DNA of 37,100 bases from positions 1-37,100 of IMG/VR virus record IMGVR_UViG_3300011338_000713; one strand, written 5' to 3'. This DNA comes from a virus (taxonomy: Duplodnaviria; Caudoviricetes). Under the pieces are notes generated by a model. The model was not told where the DNA came from. It saw nothing but the letters and a program-made list of their open reading frames with translations, and did no database searches. Both the position numbers and the translations under genes were made by a program. How positions within the stretch are numbered: the first letter of the stretch is position 1; the number at the start of each line of letters is the position of its first letter. Shown one piece after another: positions 16,757 to 24,652 of this stretch.

Positions 16757-19116
16757 TGTCAGGATATAACCCATTAAAAATTACAGGAAACAGTACTGGT
16801 TTAGTTGAAAATCGAGAAGAGTTTCTATTGCCTGATGATGCGTATCCTGTTTTACGAAATGCTTATGTATGGCGAGAAAGAATATTACGTAAAAAAGGAT
16901 ATCAATTACTTGGTAGATTACAACGAAATATAGGTATGACTGATGGTGCGGGTAATTTTAATGTTATCATTACACCTTTTCCTATTCAGATTGGTATTGC
17001 TTCATTTCAAATAGGAACTGATATATTTAATGATCCTCAATATAGAACTGGAACTGTAACAAATCCTGTTAATTTGATCACAAATAGCATGGGAACAGGT
17101 ACATTAAATAGAAATACAGGCGTTCTAACGATTACAGGATCAATACCAAACACTGCAGTTCAATATTATCCTGGATTGCCTGTAATGGGAATAAGGACAC
17201 TTGAAAGAACAAATTCTGCAAACGATAGAACTATAGTTTTTGATCAAAATTATGCTTATCAATTTAATTCTTCGACTAATCAATTTATTGAATTTATTCC
17301 AGGCACAACATGGAATAAACATAATGGTTCTGTTTCAGCTTCTGATTTTTTTTGGTCAACAAATTATTGGACAAGTGGAACTCCTTTTTCACCTTTTGGA
17401 ACGACAAATAACAAGTTATTTTGGGTAACGAATAATACAGGGCAATTCGGAAATTTGGCTGATCCTCCTAGAATTACCGATGGAATAACTTGGGTAGATT
17501 TTTTTCCTTCAACATGGTCACAAATAGATGCAACCAATTATTTAACTAATTGGCTGTCTATGTTACCATATCGCGGAAGAATGGTAACCTTCAATACTTG
17601 GGAAGGACCAAACGCAACAAGTAGCTTAAATTATTCAAATCGTATTAGATGGTCTACAATTGGAAATCCATTTATTCCTTATACAGCTTCATCCTCAGGA
17701 GTTGCAGCAAAAGGATCTTGGAGAGATGACATAAGAGGACAGGGTGGATTTCTTGACATTCCTACTTCAGAAGACATTATTTCTGTTGGTTTCGTTCGTG
17801 ATAACTTGGTTATTTATTGTGAGCGTAGTACATGGCAGTTACGGTATACTGGCAGATCTATTTCACCATTTCAAATCGAAAAAGTAAATAGTGAATTAGG
17901 CGCACAAAGTCCTTTTTCAGCAATTCAATTTGACACTTCATTAATTGGTATTGGTGATAAAGGTATTGTTGAATGCGATAGTTATAAATCTGAAAGAATT
18001 GATATTAAGATTCCTGATTTTGTATTTCAATTTCAAGGTACAAGCACCAATAACAATTCATTATTTAGAGTTCATGGAATTAGAGATTTTGAAAATAGAT
18101 TGGCATTTTGGACTGTTTGCATACAAACTGAATATGATGGAAGACTTGGAGAATCTAATCGAATTTTTCCAAATTTAAGATTAGTTTATAATTATGAAAA
18201 TGATTCATGGGCTACATTTAACGATTCATTAACAGTAATTGGAAATTATCAAGTTCAAACTAGTCGAAATTGGATAAATACTCCAATTCCTTGGGTTAAA
18301 TGTAACTTTCCTTGGATAAATCAACCTGCTGCCGTACCTGTTATAATTGGTGGAAATCAACAAGGTTTTGTTGAATACCTTGATGAGTTAACAACAAATG
18401 ATGTTAGTTTATTCATTACAAATATAGTTGGGAAAAACACTACACCAACATTAATAATTTCACCAAACCACAACATGAAAACCGGGTTTGTAATTGGTAT
18501 TTCAGGAATAATAACAGGATCAGACTTTGATAATTTAAACGATGGAATATTTGGGATTATTGTAGTAGATGCAAATTCTTTTACTATAAATTTATATAAT
18601 TCTACAACAGATCAATTTAATACACCTCAATTAGATTCATCAACGAAAGTTTATGAAGGTGGTGGCTTAATAAATATTCGAGAAAACTTTTCTATAAAGA
18701 GTAAAAAATTTAACTTTTTAGATGAAGGTCAAAATATTCAATTAGGTTACATAGATTTATTGATGGACGCAACAGAACCAGATTCGCAAGGAGAAATCGC
18801 ATTAAATATTTATTTAGATTATAACGATAGCACTGTATCAAATACTCTTCCAGAAAATCAAATAAATGATGGAAATACTCCAGTAACCGCCGACCCATTT
18901 TTTAATTCAGTGATACCAACTACAAAAGCAACATTAAGTGGAATTGATTGGTCTAAATTCTGGCAACGAGTTTATTGTGCAACAAGATCTAGCTTTTTGA
19001 CATTGCAATATACTTTTAATAACTTTCAAATGTCTAATGAGAAACAAGAATTAAATGTACAAATAGATGCCCAAATCCTATGGATTCGGAAGGGGGGGCG
19101 CCTTTCTTCTATATAG
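16756..19116 (+). CDS. Tail nozzle / DNA-stabilisation protein (P22 gp10 / T7 gp12-like)
   Basis: About 786 aa, propeller-like motifs (YRGRMVTF, NRIRWS, DNLVIYCERSTW, LVYNYENDSWA); ATG 16756 in a TAATG overlap. Confidence 0.7.
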   Translation: MSGYNPLKITGNSTGLVENREEFLLPDDAYPVLRNAYVWRERILRKKGYQLLGRLQRNIGMTDGAGNFNVIITPFPIQIGIASFQIGTDIFNDPQYRTGTVTNPVNLITNSMGTGTLNRNTGVLTITGSIPNTAVQYYPGLPVMGIRTLERTNSANDRTIVFDQNYAYQFNSSTNQFIEFIPGTTWNKHNGSVSASDFFWSTNYWTSGTPFSPFGTTNNKLFWVTNNTGQFGNLADPPRITDGITWVDFFPSTWSQIDATNYLTNWLSMLPYRGRMVTFNTWEGPNATSSLNYSNRIRWSTIGNPFIPYTASSSGVAAKGSWRDDIRGQGGFLDIPTSEDIISVGFVRDNLVIYCERSTWQLRYTGRSISPFQIEKVNSELGAQSPFSAIQFDTSLIGIGDKGIVECDSYKSERIDIKIPDFVFQFQGTSTNNNSLFRVHGIRDFENRLAFWTVCIQTEYDGRLGESNRIFPNLRLVYNYENDSWATFNDSLTVIGNYQVQTSRNWINTPIPWVKCNFPWINQPAAVPVIIGGNQQGFVEYLDELTTNDVSLFITNIVGKNTTPTLIISPNHNMKTGFVIGISGIITGSDFDNLNDGIFGIIVVDANSFTINLYNSTTDQFNTPQLDSSTKVYEGGGLINIRENFSIKSKKFNFLDEGQNIQLGYIDLLMDATEPDSQGEIALNIYLDYNDSTVSNTLPENQINDGNTPVTADPFFNSVIPTTKATLSGIDWSKFWQRVYCATRSSFLTLQYTFNNFQMSNEKQELNVQIDAQILWIRKGGRLSSI

Positions 19117-19186
19117 TACTCAAATAAGATTACACAAATATAAAATATTTGTGATAAAATAAATCAAACCAAAAATGGGGAGATTT

Positions 19187-19822
19187 ATGAAAAATATATG
19201 TTTGAAATGTTTTGAAATGAAAGAAATGTTCCATGGAAGAGATTGTGAAGATTGTAGAAAAAAGTATTTACATCAAAAATGGTTAGAAAGAAATAGAAAA
19301 ACATGTCCTATATGTAAAATTGAGCATAATATAGGAAACTGTATTGAATGTAGCAATAAATGTAAAATTTTAAATAGAATAAAAATAGTAAATGGATGTT
19401 GGGAATGGCAGGGAAAAATAAATGAGCATGGATATGGTAATATATCTCTTAAAATTGAAGGAAGAAAAAATTTAATGGTTCACAGATTAAGTTACGAAAT
19501 ATTTAAAGGAGAAATTCCAAATGGGTTATTAGTTTGTCATTCATGCGATAATCCTAGATGCTGTAATCCCGATCATTTATGGGTTGGAACTCCTAAAGAT
19601 AATACCCAAGATATGCTCAAGAAACACAGAGGGCGGAAGAAATTATTAAATAATGAAAGAAGAGCAATAGCAGCAGGAAAAATAACAGAAGAACAAGTTA
19701 AAGAAATAAGAGAATTATATAAAAATGGCAGTTCACAAAAGGAACTTCAAGAAAAATTTAAAATAAGTCAATCACAAGTTTCCGGAATCGTAACATATAG
19801 ATTTTGGAAACACGTTGATTAA
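19187..19822 (+). CDS. HNH homing endonuclease 3 with C-terminal HTH
   Basis: GCWEWQG..GYG..HRLSYE..VCHSCDNPRCCNPDHLWVGTPKDN; C-terminal KITEEQVKEIR HTH; ATG 19187 after GGGAG (alternative 19175); extended -10 TGATAAAAT upstream. Confidence 0.92.
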   Translation: MKNICLKCFEMKEMFHGRDCEDCRKKYLHQKWLERNRKTCPICKIEHNIGNCIECSNKCKILNRIKIVNGCWEWQGKINEHGYGNISLKIEGRKNLMVHRLSYEIFKGEIPNGLLVCHSCDNPRCCNPDHLWVGTPKDNTQDMLKKHRGRKKLLNNERRAIAAGKITEEQVKEIRELYKNGSSQKELQEKFKISQSQVSGIVTYRFWKHVD

Positions 19823-19839
19823 AAATTAAAGGATTTTAA

Positions 19840-20481
19840 ATGTCATCATATCAGCCAAACATACCAACAGGTTTTGTGGATTTAGATTTAGATTATCAAA
19901 GCCTACAAGGAAACTTTCAGCAGTTAGACACTACTTTTGGTATTGATCATACTTTATTTTCTAATAATACAGCACAAAACGGATATCATACTAATATTCA
20001 TATGATACCACATTCAACAACTGTTACTAACCCACCAAATAATCAACCTGTTGCAGCACCTTCTGCTGTTGCCGGATATGGTCAGTTATTCGATGCCACA
20101 ATTAACGATGGAATAAACACAGATCAAGCTCTGTATTTTTTAACAGGCGGTAATCGTTTAACTCAATTAACTAGTAATTTCCAACCAGTATCTTCAAATA
20201 ATGGATATACATATCTTCCAGGAGGTTTGATTTTACAATGGGGTTTTGTTACATCTACTGCTTCCACTTATCAAACTTTAAATTTTTCAACAAATAATAT
20301 AAATTTTCCAAATAATTGTTTTATAATATTTACTCAACCATATGGTTCAGGTACAGTTCCTGGAAGTCAAGCTACTGTAGAAATAAGAAAATCTACTATT
20401 TCTAAAACATTATTTGAATGGGTTTTTGTAACAAACTCTGGAGAATATACTGGATTTTTTTGGGTAGCAATAGGAAATTAA
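19840..20481 (+). CDS. Short tail fibre with gp53-like C-terminal domain
   Basis: NGYTYLPGGLILQWG...FPNNCF...FWVAIGN. Confidence 0.75.
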   Translation: MSSYQPNIPTGFVDLDLDYQSLQGNFQQLDTTFGIDHTLFSNNTAQNGYHTNIHMIPHSTTVTNPPNNQPVAAPSAVAGYGQLFDATINDGINTDQALYFLTGGNRLTQLTSNFQPVSSNNGYTYLPGGLILQWGFVTSTASTYQTLNFSTNNINFPNNCFIIFTQPYGSGTVPGSQATVEIRKSTISKTLFEWVFVTNSGEYTGFFWVAIGN

Positions 20482-20482
20482 T

Positions 20483-20968
20483 ATGACATTATCATTAGAT
20501 AGTCAATATTTTGAAAGTTACGTACCGGTATACGATGCTATTCCAGAAAATTGGGATGATGCAAGGCCTTTTATAGTTGAACAATTAAAAAAATTAGCTA
20601 ATGGAGTCAATATTCGTGAAATAGGTTTTTATTTAGATCAGGAATTATCGAGTGGTAAAGCTTTTTATCCAGGAACAAATGACGTTCTAGATGGTCAAAC
20701 ATCACAAATATTTAGAACGATATTAAGAAAGCTTGTGATAGTCGGTCCAATAATAGCCGGATTAAATACTATAGCACATGAAATAGATATAGATATGAAT
20801 TTTACATTAGTTCAATTATGGGCATCTGCAACAAACACAACAACTTTAAGATCAGTAACATTTAGTAATCCTGATACGATTTGGATAGATGCAACTAATA
20901 TTAATATTGTTTCTGATGGAAGTTATGATAGATGTAATTGTATAATTGAATATTTACAAGAGGTTTAA
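20483..20968 (+). CDS. Hypothetical tail-region protein
   Basis: 161 aa; tightly coupled; beta-rich C-terminus. Confidence 0.7.
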   Translation: MTLSLDSQYFESYVPVYDAIPENWDDARPFIVEQLKKLANGVNIREIGFYLDQELSSGKAFYPGTNDVLDGQTSQIFRTILRKLVIVGPIIAGLNTIAHEIDIDMNFTLVQLWASATNTTTLRSVTFSNPDTIWIDATNINIVSDGSYDRCNCIIEYLQEV

Positions 20969-20969
20969 T

Positions 20970-21698
20970 ATGGGTGTTGGAGATACTTTAAAAGGTGTTT
21001 TTGGAGGAGGATTATTCTCTAAAAAAGCAAGAGGTGCTGCTAAAGATTTCTTTTTGGGATCACCAGAAATAAGAGAAAACGTCTCAACGTTAAGACCAGA
21101 ACAAGAACCTCTATATCAACAAGCGGTTAATTCAGGATTAAATAAAGGTGCTGGTGGAGTATTTGGAGAATCAGCAGATTATTATAGAAATAACTTAAGT
21201 GATAATCCGAGTGATTTAGCTGCATATTCAGCACCGGCATTACGACAATATAATGAAGAGATAGTACCTGGAATATCGGAACAATTTGCAGGAATGGGAT
21301 CAGGTGGTTTATCAAGTTCAGGATTTAGAAATTCACAAACACAAGGTGGCGTCGATCTAGCTGAAAGAATAGCACAGATTAGAGCTAATTTAAGACATTC
21401 TAGCGCACAAGGATTAACTGGTATTGGTCAAATTGGATTAGGTAACTATAGTCAAAACATGGTAACTCAACCTGGATCGGAAGGATTTTTATCACAAGCA
21501 GCACCGGCAATTGGTCATGCTGCATTAGCTTATGCTACAGGAGGAACATCTTTACCAGCATCAGCTGCTATGATGCAAAGCAAAAATTCTTTTGGTGGCA
21601 ACAAAGTTGGATATAATTCAAGTCCTTATGGTGGAAACAATAGTATTTCAGCAAGTCCACAATCAAATAATCAACTTCCTAGATTTGGAGCTAGATAA
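20970..21698 (+). CDS. Putative DNA ejection (pilot) protein 1
   Basis: Gly/Ser/Gln-rich helical protein with FAGMGSGGLSSSG motif; position after tail genes; ATG 20970 after GAGGT. Confidence 0.6.
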   Translation: MGVGDTLKGVFGGGLFSKKARGAAKDFFLGSPEIRENVSTLRPEQEPLYQQAVNSGLNKGAGGVFGESADYYRNNLSDNPSDLAAYSAPALRQYNEEIVPGISEQFAGMGSGGLSSSGFRNSQTQGGVDLAERIAQIRANLRHSSAQGLTGIGQIGLGNYSQNMVTQPGSEGFLSQAAPAIGHAALAYATGGTSLPASAAMMQSKNSFGGNKVGYNSSPYGGNNSISASPQSNNQLPRFGAR

Positions 21699-21700
21699 CG

Positions 21701-23086
21701 ATGGTTCAAAAAATAAAACAAGCAAACATTTTTGGAAGAATAGGAACAGGAATTGGAAAAGGTTTAGCTGAACAGGTTCCAGAAGAAATCCAACGTTATA
21801 GATTGAAGCAGGGATTACAAGATTTTGAAAAAGATCATGAAAACCTTACACCAATTCAACAATTAGCAAGATTATCTTCAATACCAGGAATAACACCTCA
21901 AACGATACAATCATTTTCTGAATTAGCAAAAATTCAGAATGTAAAAAATGCTTATGGAAATAGATCACAAAATAGAAAAGCCTATCAAAAGCCAGAAGAT
22001 ATTTCCGCATCCCCTTTACAAGAAGTTGATTTTGCTAATCTTTCACAAAGAAGAGGATTAGAATCACAAGATAATCAAACGATGAATCCTTCGAATGAGG
22101 CTGTTAATAATCAGCAACGAACACCAAATGTAAGACCAACAGATTATAATCAACCTCAAGTTGTTAATGAAAATCCATTAAATGATAAGTTTTTGACTCG
22201 CACTCCTTGGACACCACAAATGCGAGACGATAGAGTAAGTCAATATCTTGAAGAAGGGTTTCTACCTGATCAAGCAAAACAATTGCAAAGTGATGATGAA
22301 GCAAGAGATTTAGCTGAACCAGGAGCAAATAAACAAAGATATGCTGAATTAAAAAATACACAACAAGAAGCAAGAGATGCTTTAAAAAGACATTTAGAAA
22401 CAAAGCTTCAAAAGACTGGTGAAGGTGTTTATAGGGATTTAAGCGGAGAAAATCTGATAAATTTAGAAAGAGGAATGGAAAGAGATTTAAGATTAAAACC
22501 TAAATCTTCGATTGAAGATGTTGCAAACGATTGGTCAAATAGAGCTTTAGATTTAGCAAAAGCAAAAAGTCAATTAAATACACTAGCATCAACAACAGGA
22601 ATAGAAGCAGCTTTTAAAGGTAATCAAGTTTTAAATAAATTAAAAGAATATTCAGATATTTATAAAAAATCTGGAAATTCAGAAGAATTTTACAACACTT
22701 TAAAAAGTAACAGTTTAAAAAATGGTTTTGATTTATCGTCTCAAGGTGCTGCATCAATAGCTTACCCATTAAATAAAAATGAAAAAAATTACATATCATC
22801 TATAAAAACGAATCAAATGGGATTATTGAGAAGCGAAAAAAATTCCAGAAAATACGCTATAGAAATTGAGGAATATTTAAATGCTGATAGCAGTATGCTT
22901 TCTATAGCAAGATCATTGAGTCAAAAAGATCCTTTATTCGATCAACAAGCATTTTTTGATCAATTAAGTGAAGATAAAGATGAAATTAGATTAAATCCAA
23001 GACAACGAAGAGAAATTGCTGAAGGAACAAAAAATATAATCCCTACATGGGGAGATATTTTAATATTGGAAGGGAGACAAAAATGA
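21701..23086 (+). CDS. Putative DNA ejection protein 2
   Basis: 461 aa, helical, N-terminal GRIGTGIGKGLA; position. Confidence 0.55.
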   Translation: MVQKIKQANIFGRIGTGIGKGLAEQVPEEIQRYRLKQGLQDFEKDHENLTPIQQLARLSSIPGITPQTIQSFSELAKIQNVKNAYGNRSQNRKAYQKPEDISASPLQEVDFANLSQRRGLESQDNQTMNPSNEAVNNQQRTPNVRPTDYNQPQVVNENPLNDKFLTRTPWTPQMRDDRVSQYLEEGFLPDQAKQLQSDDEARDLAEPGANKQRYAELKNTQQEARDALKRHLETKLQKTGEGVYRDLSGENLINLERGMERDLRLKPKSSIEDVANDWSNRALDLAKAKSQLNTLASTTGIEAAFKGNQVLNKLKEYSDIYKKSGNSEEFYNTLKSNSLKNGFDLSSQGAASIAYPLNKNEKNYISSIKTNQMGLLRSEKNSRKYAIEIEEYLNADSSMLSIARSLSQKDPLFDQQAFFDQLSEDKDEIRLNPRQRREIAEGTKNIIPTWGDILILEGRQK

Positions 23087-23766
23087 CATCTTTAAGACCT
23101 GATGAATTAGCTTCAGAATCAGATATTGAAAGAGATAGAAATGTTAGAAGCAAAATAAAAGGAACAGCAAAAAGTGTAGTTTCAACAGCTATTGTAGCTG
23201 GAACTGGATATGCTTTTCCTTCTATAGCGTCAAAAGTTGCTCCCTTTCTTAATAGATACATTCCGACTGAATTAGCATTAAAAGGTATAAATAAAGTCAG
23301 TCCAGAATTAGGGGCTTTTCTTAAAAAAGGAATGGAAAAAGGTTTAGATGTAAAAGAAGGATTAAATTTTATTAAAGATAAAATACAATCTAAAAGTTTA
23401 AATGAAAATAAAAAAAATATTATTGAGCAATATTCTCCTGAATTAAATCAATTTATTTTAGATCAAATAAATAAAGGTAAAACACCTTTTGCAGCTGGAA
23501 CTTTATCTAGAACATTGGAATCTAACAATAAATTTAAAAATGTAATTAAAAAAATAGAGAAAGATCATAAATTAGATTGGCCATCAATAATTGAGTCTAT
23601 TTATGGTAATCAATCAACCGCATCACAATCACAAAATCAAGAACAACCCATACAGCCAGCACAATCTGAAATGACAAACTCATCACAACAACAGCAATCA
23701 GGGCAAGGTCAACAAGCTTTAGCAGCTATTTTGCAAAAAATTAATGCTAAATTAGGTGGGCAATAG
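23083..23766 (+). CDS. Putative ejection / internal virion protein 3
   Basis: ATGA overlap, SD GGGAG; one hydrophobic stretch and a Gln-rich tail. Confidence 0.55.
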   Translation: MTSLRPDELASESDIERDRNVRSKIKGTAKSVVSTAIVAGTGYAFPSIASKVAPFLNRYIPTELALKGINKVSPELGAFLKKGMEKGLDVKEGLNFIKDKIQSKSLNENKKNIIEQYSPELNQFILDQINKGKTPFAAGTLSRTLESNNKFKNVIKKIEKDHKLDWPSIIESIYGNQSTASQSQNQEQPIQPAQSEMTNSSQQQQSGQGQQALAAILQKINAKLGGQ

Positions 23767-24266
23767 TGAATGAAATTCAAGAATTACAGGAATTACTTCG
23801 CGAATTACTTGCAGGAATACAGGAAGTTTTGCAATCGGGAGAAATTTTAACTGATGAATTTCAAGGACAATTAGCTGAAACATTAAACATACTAACAACG
23901 CGTATTGATGAATTACAAAATGAAAATCCTACAGAAGTACTACAACCAGCACAAGCAGAACAACCACCAAATATAGGTTCTGGACCATTTGAAAGTAGCA
24001 ATATTAATGGATTTAAATATAATCCAAAAACTAAAGATTTATACGTTCAATTTCATGGACCATATCCACAAGCAGCAGGATCAGTTTATAAATATAATAA
24101 TGTACCTGAATTCATTTATAATGTGTTTAGTCAAGGTGCAGTAGGACCGAAAACATCTGGACAAAATCGATATCATAAATGGATAAAAGGAGTTACGCCG
24201 TCATTAGGAGGAACGATGAATGCTTTAATTAAGGCCGGTGGGTTTCAATATCAGCGTTTATCTTAA
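23766..24266 (+). CDS. Coiled-coil plus KTSC-domain protein
   Basis: ESSNINGFKYNPKTKDLYVQF...GSVYKYNNVPEFIY matches the KTSC pattern; GTG start. Confidence 0.75.
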   Translation: MNEIQELQELLRELLAGIQEVLQSGEILTDEFQGQLAETLNILTTRIDELQNENPTEVLQPAQAEQPPNIGSGPFESSNINGFKYNPKTKDLYVQFHGPYPQAAGSVYKYNNVPEFIYNVFSQGAVGPKTSGQNRYHKWIKGVTPSLGGTMNALIKAGGFQYQRLS

Positions 24267-24430
24267 TAATGATTCCATGTCCCAGTAAAACTTGATCGAT
24301 ATTCAACTTTTCCAGTCACACGATTACATCTATGATTTTCATCAATAAATACATATTTAGGTAAAAAATTATTTAATAAAAAATAAATACAAATTGTTAC
24401 AGTTAAAACTTTAATTATAAAAAATTTCAT
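24263..24430 (-). CDS. 55-aa membrane-anchored peptide on the antisense strand
   Basis: MKFFIIKVLTVTICIYFLLNNFLPKYVFIDENHRCNRVTGKVEYRSSFTGTWNHY; SD AAGGA; not in the ORF track. Confidence 0.6.
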   Translation of the reverse strand: MKFFIIKVLTVTICIYFLLNNFLPKYVFIDENHRCNRVTGKVEYRSSFTGTWNHY

Positions 24431-24540
24431 TTTAATACATCCTTTTATTAAATTTCATAAAAGAATAACATAAAGAAATTAAAAAATCAATTTTTTTGTA
24501 AAATCCTATTAAAAAAATATGACTAAAATATTTGATTTGA

Positions 24541-24616
24541 TAATATAGATTTAGCGTAGATGGAGTCGCACTCCAAGGGCAGAAATACGAGATCGCCGTC
24601 GTAAAAATATTTTGTT
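24541..24616 (+). ncRNA. Candidate structured 5' leader with two UCGC-loop hairpins
   Basis: TGGAG-tcgca-CTCCA(24561-24575), TACGA-gatcgccg-TCGTA(24586-24603); extended -10 TGaTAATAT at 24538-24546. Confidence 0.55.
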
Positions 24617-24652
24617 TAACTAAAAGCAACTTAAATTTACTAGGAGATTAAA

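Noticed and set aside
24432-24629. Minus-strand 65-aa ORF in the track
   Set aside because: TTG start without an SD; overlaps the promoter and structured leader of the fibre gene.
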